In this document: one piece after another, positions 19,895 through 31,900 of the stretch | How the letters are laid out: every line of letters starts with the position of its first letter | Position numbering within the stretch: the first letter of the stretch is position 1 | Assembly: GCA_947485745.1 (NCBI GenBank) | Contig: CANKQY010000001.1 | Location: 742 to 64,741 of the forward strand | Reading direction: 5' to 3' | Length of the DNA: 64,000 nucleotides | DNA from: Bacteroidota bacterium | Lineage (GTDB): Bacteria > Bacteroidota > Bacteroidia > UKL13-3 | The notes under the pieces: generated by a model | The model's database searches: none | Told to the model about the DNA's origin: nothing | The model's input: only the letters and a program-made list of their open reading frames with translations | Position numbers and translations under genes: made by a program

Positions 19895-21295
19895 ATGAAA
19901 AACTATTTACATTTACGTGCAATTTGGATCTTATTGGCCGTTGGGCTCATGGGATGCGGTGTGCGCAAAGTAGATGTAAATAGTAGCAGAAAGCCAGGAT
20001 GGGTTGCTCAAAGGCCAACCAATACCAATTATTATATTGGTATCGGCAATAGTAGTAAACTCAACAATAGCGGCGATTTTCAGCGAGTGGCCAAGAAAAA
20101 TGCTTTAGACGATATGATGGGCGAAATTAAGGTGACCGTTTCTAGTAACTCCATCCTATCGCAATACCAAAACAACCAAAATTTCAGTCAGCAGTTTTTT
20201 TCCGATACCCGCATGATAGCCTCCGAAACCATGGAAGGCTTCCAAGTAATGGATAGCTGGGAAGACAAAACCGATTACTGGATTTACTACAGATTGAGCA
20301 AATCTGAATTTGAAGCTTACAAAAGAAAGAAACTATTTGAGGCTTTAGAAAAATCAATAGACTTGCTGAACCGAGCAGATAAATTATCTTCAGAAACTGA
20401 ATTTGTTCAAAAACTTCAATTGAGAATAAAAGCAGCAATTAGTTTGCAAAATTACTTGAACGAATCTATTGAAACCGATTACAATGGTCGCAGGGTATTC
20501 TTACTCAATGAAATCTTTTCTCAACTACAAAGTCAATTGTATTTGGTTCAAATAAGAGCCAGCGAGCAAGAAATAGCTGTGGTAATGGGTAGGCCTTTGG
20601 ATCATCCAATAATAGCAAGCACGCAACTAAAAATATCGGATACCGTCTTTGGTAGCATCCCCTATTTACCATTACTGATTGAAGGCAGAAATATTCTGCT
20701 CAAAGGCAATGTTTCTGCTGAAACGCAGGCGGATGGCTCTGCGCAATTTGGCATCAGTAGCATTCAATGTTCTGAACCTATACAAGTGCTCAATATCAAA
20801 ACCAATCTTAAAAGATTGATGATGGGAGATAGTGTGAATGTGAGCATGGAAAAACTCTTGCTGAACCTAGATGGACCTATCGCAAATATAAGGGTGGACT
20901 TGGCTCCCATAAAAATTTTCATGCAAAGCAAAGAGCTCAACCTCGATAATAAATTGTATTATACCATACTTGAACCTGCTCTTAAAAAGAAGCTCATGGA
21001 AAAGGGATGCGCGTTTGTAAAAACAGCCGAGCAAGCAGATTACATCATAGAATTGGAGGCCAATACAAAAGACTTAGGTGTTATCTGGGGAAACATGTTG
21101 CGTTCAACCATCGATTTAGATGTTGTTTTGAAAGATGCCAAGACCCAAAGCGAAATCATGCATGATGCCATAGGAGGCATTCAAGGATTCCAAACAACAA
21201 AAGAAAAAGCGGGCATCGAAGCATACAAAACCATGAGCCTCGAAATGATGAAACGCATTTACCCGGCCATTGAAGGGAAAATTTTTCCGATGTAG
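19895..21295 (+). CDS. LPP20-family lipoprotein with C-terminal extension
   Basis: Start ATG 19895; lipobox LMGC; KPGWV...YYIGIG...AKKNALDDM...IKVTVSS LPP20 pattern. Confidence 0.78.
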   Translation: MKNYLHLRAIWILLAVGLMGCGVRKVDVNSSRKPGWVAQRPTNTNYYIGIGNSSKLNNSGDFQRVAKKNALDDMMGEIKVTVSSNSILSQYQNNQNFSQQFFSDTRMIASETMEGFQVMDSWEDKTDYWIYYRLSKSEFEAYKRKKLFEALEKSIDLLNRADKLSSETEFVQKLQLRIKAAISLQNYLNESIETDYNGRRVFLLNEIFSQLQSQLYLVQIRASEQEIAVVMGRPLDHPIIASTQLKISDTVFGSIPYLPLLIEGRNILLKGNVSAETQADGSAQFGISSIQCSEPIQVLNIKTNLKRLMMGDSVNVSMEKLLLNLDGPIANIRVDLAPIKIFMQSKELNLDNKLYYTILEPALKKKLMEKGCAFVKTAEQADYIIELEANTKDLGVIWGNMLRSTIDLDVVLKDAKTQSEIMHDAIGGIQGFQTTKEKAGIEAYKTMSLEMMKRIYPAIEGKIFPM

Positions 21296-21500
21296 GGGCG
21301 AAAAATCTTTCGCCCTTTTGCCGACCCGAATATTGTTCTTGAGGGAGAGAGGATGTTTTGCCTCAAATGGTTGAGGGCGAAAGATTTTTCGCCCGTACAT
21401 GTGATTGCCCGGGGAATTTGCGTGAGGGCGAAAGATTTTTCGCCCTTACATGAGATTGCCCAGGGAATTTGCGTAGGGGCGAAAAATATTTCGCCCTTAC
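21292..21500. repeat. Cluster of four GTAG-type REP-like palindromes (GGGCGAAAnnnnTTTCGCCC)
   Basis: Copies at 21292-21317, 21373-21398, 21424-21449 and 21473-21500; includes a 51-bp tandem duplication (21373-21423, 21424-21474). Confidence 0.88.
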
Positions 21501-22216
21501 AGGGACATTGTTTCTTTGAATTTTACGGCTTGGCGGCGGCTGACTTCGATTTTGCTGCCGTCTTTCATGTAAAACAAAAATCCGGAATTGAAGAATGGCT
21601 CAATCCTATCAAGGTAATTGAGGTTGATGATTTGCTGGCGATTGGCCCTAAAGAAAATTTGGTCGCTCAATCTCTCATCTAAAGAGTTAAGCGTCCGGTG
21701 GATGAGGGGTTGGTATTTATCGAAATATATTTTGGCATAATTTCCGGCAGATTCAATCATTTTTATCTCATCCAATTTAATGTACCAACAACGGTCCCCA
21801 TCTCTGATAAAAACCTTTTCATCTGGCAATAATCTTGCTCTGAGTTTTTCTAATCGCAGCTCATCAATTTGTTTCTTTGCTTTTAAGATGGCTTCACCTA
21901 ACCTGTCCTTTTGAATGGGTTTGAGTAAATAATCTAATGCATTTACCTCAAAAGCTTTGATGGCAAATTCATCGTAAGCAGTGGTAAAAATAACAGCTGG
22001 TGTTTCAATTAAATCTTCCAATAAATCGAACCCCGTTTTTTCTGGCATTTGTATATCGAGGAAAATCAACTGAGGCTTCAATTTATCAATCATATCTAAG
22101 GCTTCATCAACATTGGAAGCCTCACCAACAATTTGTATGTCTGTATATTCTTTTAACAGATTTTTTAATCCTTCGCGAGCCAAACGCTCATCATCAACTA
22201 GAATGGTTTGTATCAT
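21497..22216 (-). CDS. LytTR-family DNA-binding response regulator
   Basis: VDDERLAR, FLDIQMP, FTTAYDEFA, DYLLKP receiver motifs; C-terminal FFRANRQQIIN...VSRR. Confidence 0.95.
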   Translation of the reverse strand: MIQTILVDDERLAREGLKNLLKEYTDIQIVGEASNVDEALDMIDKLKPQLIFLDIQMPEKTGFDLLEDLIETPAVIFTTAYDEFAIKAFEVNALDYLLKPIQKDRLGEAILKAKKQIDELRLEKLRARLLPDEKVFIRDGDRCWYIKLDEIKMIESAGNYAKIYFDKYQPLIHRTLNSLDERLSDQIFFRANRQQIINLNYLDRIEPFFNSGFLFYMKDGSKIEVSRRQAVKFKETMSL

Positions 22217-23241
22217 AATGGCAATATTATTTTGGTAACTACTTCTGTGTCGTTTAAATTTTCAATAGTAAAACTTGCGCGGTCTTCAAACAAAATTGCT
22301 AAGCGTTGGCGGGTATTCTCTAAGCCAAATCCTAGCTCATGCTCATTTGGTTCAAACCGACCAGTATTGATAATTTGAACCAACAATTGGGTATCATTTT
22401 GAGAGGCTTTTAGCTGAACCAAACCACCATCCCTCGACTTAAAAATACCATGTTTAACGGCATTTTCAACCAAGGTTTGCAACATCATTGGTGGCACTTT
22501 TGCTTTTAAAACTGCTTGATCGATATCCATTTTTATAGCTAGCCTGTCATCGAAACGAATCTTTTCTATTGCCAAATAATCATTCACAGTTTCTAGTTCT
22601 TGTTCCATAGAAACAACCTTTTCTTTACTCATTTGAAGGGAGTTTCTAAGCAAGCTACTCAATCTATTGATGGCTTCTTTGGAAAGCTCGGGCTCTACAT
22701 CTACAAGGGTTCTGATGCTATTTAAGGAGTTAAAAAGAAAATGCGGATTGAGCTGCGTTTTGAGATTTTGGTATTGATTTTCTTTGATGATTGCCTGCAA
22801 TTGGTACTTGGCTTTTTCGGCCTCCAATGATCTTTCCCAGTATTGAAACAAATGATAAACCAGGGCCCAAAGTAAAATGTATTTGCTCCAATTGAACAGG
22901 TAATTTAAAATGAGAATGGTATCAATAGGCAATTGGTTCATCAATGGAATGGTGATTCTATCGAGGTAAATATTGAGCATGGTGAGCAAAAAAGAAACAA
23001 AGCCAATGCTCAATACCGCAATAGGAAGCAATCTTTTAATTGGCAGATTGATCCAACTCGTTTTGATGATAAAAATACGGTAGAGGTGCGTGAGGGCAAT
23101 ACCTGCAACAAAATTGATGGCTACGTTTAGGATCAGCAATTCATTGAAGCCATATATATTTCCATAGCCAATGAATTCAAGTAAAACAAATAGAAACCAA
23201 CCACCTATCTGACAAAGCCAATACAGCGTATTCTTTTTCAT
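22213..23241 (-). CDS. LytS/YehU-type sensor histidine kinase
   Basis: Four N-terminal TM segments; QLNPHFLFNSLN, LQTLVENAVKHG, GFGLEN. Overlaps the regulator start by 4 bp. Confidence 0.95.
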   Translation of the reverse strand: MKKNTLYWLCQIGGWFLFVLLEFIGYGNIYGFNELLILNVAINFVAGIALTHLYRIFIIKTSWINLPIKRLLPIAVLSIGFVSFLLTMLNIYLDRITIPLMNQLPIDTILILNYLFNWSKYILLWALVYHLFQYWERSLEAEKAKYQLQAIIKENQYQNLKTQLNPHFLFNSLNSIRTLVDVEPELSKEAINRLSSLLRNSLQMSKEKVVSMEQELETVNDYLAIEKIRFDDRLAIKMDIDQAVLKAKVPPMMLQTLVENAVKHGIFKSRDGGLVQLKASQNDTQLLVQIINTGRFEPNEHELGFGLENTRQRLAILFEDRASFTIENLNDTEVVTKIILPL

Positions 23242-23350
23242 TAGGGTAAAGATAAAAGAAAAATTGCAGGAAAATAAAAGGCGCTTACATAAAAGGTTCA
23301 GCCAATTGTTAAAAGCGAAAAAAGGAATATAAGAATTTGAAAAAAGGTAA

Positions 23351-23385
23351 AAAATAAAAAGGCCGAACCATGCGGTTCGGCCTTT
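23351..23385 (-). terminator. Rho-independent terminator of atpD-atpC
   Basis: AAAGGCCGAACC-atgc-GGTTCGGCCTTT hairpin preceded by an A-rich tract on +. Confidence 0.9.
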
Positions 23386-23405
23386 CCGATGAAATGTTAT
23401 AGCAA

Positions 23406-23636
23406 TTAGGCTAGTACTACAATTTTATTGTTAAGCACTTCTACCACACCACCGCTTACTTCAAACTCTTGTTTGCCTTCTTTATTTTTAACCACAATCT
23501 TTCCTTTTTCAAGGCTAGATATTAGGGCCGCATGGCCTTTCAATATTTGAAAGCTACCCTTACTTCCAGGAAGCGTTACAGCATCAATTTGGCCACTGAA
23601 TATGGTTTTATCGGCAGTAATGATATCTAATTGCAT
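23406..23636 (-). CDS. atpC: ATP synthase F1 epsilon subunit (short form)
   Basis: VTLPGSKGSFQILKGHAALISSL and SGGVVEV; directly downstream of atpD. Confidence 0.93.
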   Translation of the reverse strand: MQLDIITADKTIFSGQIDAVTLPGSKGSFQILKGHAALISSLEKGKIVVKNKEGKQEFEVSGGVVEVLNNKIVVLA

Positions 23637-23653
23637 GTGAGTTTTTCTATTAA

Positions 23654-25207
<1,554 letters not shown>

Positions 25208-25273
25208 TTACACCTAAAATCAAACCTTAAGCGCAAAAAAGTTAAAGAAATGTTAATGTGAAATATTATCAAC

Positions 25274-25798
25274 CTACATAAACAATGCCTTCAACTCTGT
25301 GGCGTCATCTGGCTTCATTTTGCCTGCTAGGATGAGGCGGAGTTGGCGGCGGCGGAGGGCTCCGTCGTATCTTTTGGTTTCTTCTTCGGTTTCTGGATTT
25401 AAGGCTGGCACTTGAACCGGACCTCCGTTGCGATCTAGGGCCACAAAAGTATAATAGGCTTCATGGCTCAAGAAACTTTCGCCAGTTGGAATGTTCTCTG
25501 CCCAAACTTTTATGTAAACCTCCATTGAGGTATTGAAAGCTCGAGAAACTTCTGCTTGTAGCGTTACTACATCGCCTAATTTGATTGATTTAGCAAAGCT
25601 TACACTGTCAACCGAAGCCGTAACAACCGTTTTGCCAGAATGCTTTTGGGCTGCAATGGCTGCTGCAATGTCCATCCAATGTAATAGCTTTCCGCCCATT
25701 AAATTATGTAAGGTATTGGTATCATTGGGCAATACCATTTCATTCATAATGGTTCTTGAATGAGTGGGATTTTTTATGGTTAATGGATTATTGTTCAT
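25274..25798 (-). CDS. Acyl-CoA thioesterase (hotdog fold, YciA-like)
   Basis: VLPNDTN..NLMGGKLLHWMD, VVTASVD, TSMEV, YTFVALD. Confidence 0.93.
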   Translation of the reverse strand: MNNNPLTIKNPTHSRTIMNEMVLPNDTNTLHNLMGGKLLHWMDIAAAIAAQKHSGKTVVTASVDSVSFAKSIKLGDVVTLQAEVSRAFNTSMEVYIKVWAENIPTGESFLSHEAYYTFVALDRNGGPVQVPALNPETEEETKRYDGALRRRQLRLILAGKMKPDDATELKALFM

Positions 25799-25863
25799 AT
25801 TTTAAATTTAGTTTTCAAAAGTAAACAAGTAATCAAGCATTTGGTTCAAGAAATGTTTGAACC

Positions 25864-25900
25864 AAAAAAAAGGCCTAATCCAAGTGAATGGATCAGGCCT
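25864..25900 (-). terminator. Rho-independent terminator after the giant phosphatase gene
   Basis: AGGCCTAATCCA-agtgaa-TGGATCAGGCCT stem with an A8 tract on +. Confidence 0.85.
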
Positions 25901-25924
25901 CTTTTGGTTCAAACCGAAATGGTT

Positions 25925-28900
25925 TTATTTACTTTCTACGATACGTTTTACAACTGTTTCGCCATCAACGGTAATTCTTACTAAATACATTCCTGCGGCA
26001 AATCCATGTTCTTTTGCGCCAAAAGTATAAGCGTGATTTCCTGCCGATAATTGTTTTTCTTCTAAAACTTCAACCAATACTCCTAAAGTACTTACTACTT
26101 CAATGCGTACAAATGAATTGCTATTTAATCCCAATTGAATATTTGTAAAATCAGTGTATGGGTTTGGAGCAATGCTCACTTGATTGATGGCTTGGTATAA
26201 GTTTAAGCCAGTAGGTATAAAGCTCAATGAATCTGACAATACAGATGCACAACCTGCTGCATTGGTTACTTTTACATTATAACTACCTTTTGTGGTTGCT
26301 GTATAATTTCTGGCTGTTGCACCATTGATGATACCTCCATTTAAATACCATTGGTAGTTGCTTTCAAGACTAGAGGTTAATACATCGCCACTTCTTGATA
26401 TACTTGGCTTGGCAGGTATTGGATTTACAATTACCCCAACCGCTGATGAATTAGCAGAGCAAGCAAAAGTATCTGTTACCATAACCGTGAAGTTACCGGT
26501 TTCTTTAGCAGTATATTTTGAAGCATTTGCTCCGTTAATTGCTACACCAGACTTACTCCATTGGTAGCTAAATGTGCTAGAGTTGCTAGCGTTTAATACC
26601 ACGCTATCACCATCACAAAAACTGTTTGAACCAACGTATGTTACAGCAACTATTGGACTTGTACAAACACCTGTTCCTTGAATAGCAAATGAGTACGTTG
26701 GCTCATCAAAATCGTTGCTAGTTAATACTAAGGTAGCGTTTCTATTACCCGAAGCTTTAGGAGTGAATCTAACAATGACACTTAAAGTACTATTTCCATT
26801 CACATTAGCTGGCATAGTGCTTGGAGATACGATACTAAACTCACTTGCATTTACACCTGTAATTTCAATGTTTTTAATTGTTAAATTTCCATTAGCTATA
26901 TTCTCAACTATAAACGTTTTAGTTTCGCTGCTTCCAGTTGCTGCAATACCAAATTGGGTGTTAACATTTGGAGTAGTTAATCCGTTTGGAATATTTACAC
27001 TGTTGGATTTTACATTGATTTCTGGATTGGCATTATAAGTATCAGGATTGTACAATGATAAAATTTGTCCGCCTTCTACTTGCTCGCCACCTACTCCGTA
27101 ATGTGCTTGATCAACCATTAAAAACATACCTGCTCCTAAGATTGATTGCATGTCTATGATACCCGATGCTTCTTCATCTTGCGTTAAAAAGTTGGGAGCA
27201 CCTGCTACAAATCTTGTTGAATCATGAACTGCAATAACTTTCACAGCATCTGTTGCTATGTTATACTGCCAAATTCTTGATAAGTAACTTTGGTTACCTG
27301 GATCTTCTTGCAACAAGATGTTTCCATAATTATCTATGGTCATGTTGTCCATCATCTTTGGACCTTCAGTTCCATCTAATACTGCGGTGATAGTTCCGCC
27401 TAATTCTGGAGTTTTGATGTCAGACATGCGCAATCTCCATAAACGACTTGGCGCTGTGAATGAATTGGTAGTTACAAAATAGAAATCGTTTGGATTACTT
27501 GGATCCCAATGACCATCTTCTGGACGTAAGAAATTAGTTACACCTAAGGCATTACTCTTTGCATTTAATGCTGCACCTGATGAGTCTCTTACGATACCCA
27601 AATCTACCATGGTAAAGGCTGTATTGGCAGCAGGAATTGAAGCACTAATTTCTGCTGTTAAACCTGCAACTGCTACACCATATAAACGACCATTGCTTAA
27701 ACCAGCTTTCTCAATTTCTGTTCCTGTATTGGTTTTGTTTCCTATGTAGAAATAAACCTGACCTGGAGTGGCATCATCTGTACCCACAACAATTGTTTTG
27801 TTTTGAGCAACTGGTGAGGCAATTGAATTCTCCCATGAGAATTTTCCTAAGTAAGGCAATTCATAAGTAGTTCCAGCATTTACTCCTGATACTATATTTG
27901 CAAAAGCCCTACCTTCAGCTCCAGCTTCTTCACCATTCATGAAAATTCTTTCTTGTGTTCCTAATCCAGTTGTTGCATTATAAAATGCGCTTACAGCGGG
28001 CAAATCAGATGAACAAAAACGATTGAATGCTTTCTTGCTTGAAGTATCAGCAGGATTGTATAAGGTGTAACCTGTGCCATTCCATAAATTAACTTTTTGG
28101 ATCAAATCTGAACCACTTACTACGCTTAAATTTGATTTGTTGATTACCCATTTAGAAACAAATGCACCCTTAGCACCGTGTGCTCTGTTTACACCTAAAG
28201 TATTACCAAACTCATGACTTACTAAAAAGGTAAAAGTACCGTTACCATTGTCGTAAGCACCTGTACCATCCGGCGTTCCAGCCATCATGTAATTTCCTAC
28301 TTTATCGCCAGCAGTTAATATGGCAGTAGTTCTTACTCCTGGAGCAACTGGCAGTAAATACGGTGATTGTGAACTGCTTGGTCCAGAATTTGGTATAATT
28401 AAACCTTCTTGTCTAGTGTTCAAGAGTTGAATTCTAAAATCACCTTTTAAATTAGTATCTCTAACATTGAATGGATTTGAAGTAAATTTAGTAGCCATGT
28501 ATTCTGCAAAGGCATCTTGCTCTTTACCAATAGTAGTAAATGTTGCTACGCCTGGTACTTTTATGGCAGTATCCAAATTTACCCTAAAATTTGTATTAGC
28601 AGGGAAAGGATAATTATCTCCACCATTTGCTAAGAAATCTAACGTAACAATTTTGTAAGTGCGAGTAGTATCTCCAAACAATTTACCTTCTTTGGCAATG
28701 GTATCTATTTTATTACCTAAAGAATCAATAATAACCAAAGATTGAATTCTGTTTCCAACTACTTTAGTAGTATCATAACTAAAAGCAACACCACCCACTT
28801 GAGGAAACTGACCAGGTGTAGCACCAGGAATGGTTGCAGAAATGCCATGCTCTAATAGTCTTTTTAACCCAGCAGCATTGGTTCTAACAATTGACAAACC

Positions 28901-31900
28901 GTTGTTGAAACGCAAAGAATTTTCAATGTCTAATTGAGAGATATCGCCACTTGCTTTTCCTGCAGAAGGATTTGCCAATGTTTTTTCTAATATAGTTGTT
29001 GAACCAACAGCGTTTACATTACCAATAGCTGATCTAATGCCACCACCATTTTTGATAGAAACCTTTACTTGGTTATCATATTGGCGGGCATACCATAAAT
29101 TGGCATCTGCAGATAAATCACCAAAATTAGTTTCCTCTGTTCTTACAAAGTTTCTTCTACCTTCTAAAAATACATTTGTTTTACCAAATTTATTTCCATC
29201 TTTTGAATTAATAACCGAGGCAATAGCAGTAGTTAAAGTTCTAACTGCACCACCTTTAGTTCCAGCTGCAAAAGCAGCATTATAGTTACCCCATAAACTT
29301 GTTACCATTGCAGTATCGGCTGCGTAGGCACCGTTGATAGTAGAATCTAACATGTTAGGCAATAACCTACCCAATGCATCGAAATCACACACAAACCTAC
29401 CAACATATTTCCACTCACTGGTAGTGTTCAAAATAGCCAATGGCTCATTGTCGTTATTAAGCGTAAGAATTGGGTATCTATCTGCTACTGGGGTTCCTGG
29501 TCTGATCCTATCATTTCCATCTGCACAAAGACTGTGCGATCCACCTGCAATAATAATATCAACGCCTTTTAATAATGGAGCCAAAGCTTTTTCGTTTGCC
29601 AATTGTTGCAAATGACTCATTAAAATTATCTTGTTAATGCCCATTGCTCTTAAAGAATCAATTACTGGTTGTAATACTGCTGCCAAGGCAGGCATATTAT
29701 CTGAACTACCACCTAAAACTGTAGTAGCACCAGGAGATGAAATAGAGGCTAATAATTGAGTTGTAGCTCCAACAATACCCACTCTATCGCCATTTAATTG
29801 AATAATAGCAGAGGGTGCAATACCTTTTTTCTGTGAGTTAGCGGTAATGGTTGGTGATGTTTTAAAACTATCTACTAACAAACGTTGGTTCGTTGTTAAA
29901 TAGCTCAAGTTAATATCATTTGCAAAATTTAAGTTGGCACTTAAGTATGGGAACTGAGCACCAATCCATCTTTTATCTGCACCATTGCTTCTAATATCAA
30001 CACCAATAATGCTATTCACCTCCGGTGTTCCTAAATCAAATTCGTGGTTACCAAAAGCAGAACCTTGAAAGCCCATAATGTTCATCATGGCAACATCTGT
30101 TCTACCAATAGCAGCTCTTATGGCTTGTGTTCCACCATAATAAAAAGAAGCAGTATTTCTTAATGGCGTTTGCATACTTGGGTCTTCACCAGCAGCAAGG
30201 AAAGGACTAGGAATAAAACAATCTCCTGAAGCCAATTTAACAGTATTTAAATAGCTACCTTCTAAGGTATCCATAACAGCAGCAAAATTTGGTGCATCAA
30301 TTGGTGCATCAATGCCACTTTCCATATCTGAAGCATGTAAAATTTGCAAAGTGAAGGTTGGAGCAGCGAGTCTATAATTAGCTAACTTTTTTGCACCCGA
30401 CAATCTATAAGTAATTAAATGGCTTAAGTTACCTGTAGCAGTTGCAATTCCATTTGCCAACGGAGAAGTTTGTCCAAAATCATTATCATTATTAATTGCA
30501 ATGGTACTATCGTTAATAATAGCCAATCCTTCAGCTTTATCTAGAGCTGCTGGCCAACCACTTGCTAATAAATCCATCACCAATGTTTTGGTTACAGGTT
30601 TAATCCCATAATTAGCCAAACCAGTTGAATCAACTAATCCTTCTAAAGTCAAACTTCCATATAAACCTGAAGTTACAGCAGTAGCTTGTTTAATATTGAT
30701 TTGGTACAAACGCTTAATATCAGTGGTCCCACGTGCGGCGGCTTCTAATACTAAAAAAATACTATCGTTAACTGCAGCCATATCACCAATTTTCCAATCT
30801 CTTAACCTAATTTGATTACCACCAGTTCCAATTATACCATCGTTTAAATAAACCAACATGCGCTGATTATTAGTAGTTGGGTCAATTTCCAATATGCGGT
30901 GAATTCTAGTATTATCGCCAATTGTAACGTTAGGATATTGAATACCACTTTGAATCATTGCATAAATTTTTCCATTTGGTGCAATTGAAATTCCTTCAAA
31001 TCCACGGTTATTTTTACGGTATTTAAAAACTGAATCTATTTGTATATCTACAGCTTGTTTTCCATCTAAATTCGCATACGGTGTATATCTATTTAATAAC
31101 ACACCATTTTGATTTAGTTTCCAAATAGTTGCACCACCTTCTTCACATAACCAAAAATGACCATTTTTGTCAACTACTAAACCTTCTGGATCTATTCCAA
31201 AAGTATCTTTTGGAGTAGTTTTTAAACTAAAATTTGCACAATTTAAAACAGTATCAGTTGATGCAACTTCTGCCGCAGTACTACCTAAACCTGTAGGATT
31301 TATTATCCCTGTAGCACCTGCTCCATTCGGACGTTTGATAGTAATACTTTGTAAAATTTGAATCGAATCTCCAGCAATACGTATGCGGTGAATTTTAGGA
31401 CTGTAAGTTGGGAATGCATATAATTTATCGTAAGTAGGGCGGCAACTTGCAGTGTTAGCATTTGCACAATCAATGTTTACTCCTCTGTCTGAACAAGTCC
31501 AGAACTCAGTTCCATTGGTATTTGGAATTGGGAATAAAGAAGAAAAACCAGCTTCTTTGTAATTGATGCCTTGAAAAGTTCCAATAGCAGGTGAATTGTT
31601 ATTAATATAATCTTCTAATTTTGAAATGCCTTCAGTTTCGGGCGTGGTTATGCTGAACAATGCTACTGTTCCGCTCACCTCATTTGATAACATAATCATG
31701 TTTACTCCATTTGGACTCTCTGATGCTGGAATAAATACAATTCCTTCAGGACCTAAATCGCCAACTGCAGCTAAGTTAGTTTGGTTAGGGGTAACACCAA
31801 AATTTCTTGTATTGATATACTGCACAAAGTAAGGATTTGCAGGATTTGTGATGTTATAAATCATGATACCACCAACACGCTCTAAACCTACAAATGCATA

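Noticed and set aside
21292..21500. Possible CRISPR array
   Set aside because: Repeats are in mixed orientation, two spacers are near-identical, and there are no cas genes.
21353..21682. 109-aa ORF with repeated RAKDFSP
   Set aside because: Translation of the REP-like array plus the antisense of the LytTR gene.
25240..25255. AGTTA/TGTTA pair 11 bp apart upstream of atpD
   Set aside because: Only two units, and offsets (+38/+49) are out of register with the three proposed Pho-box promoters.
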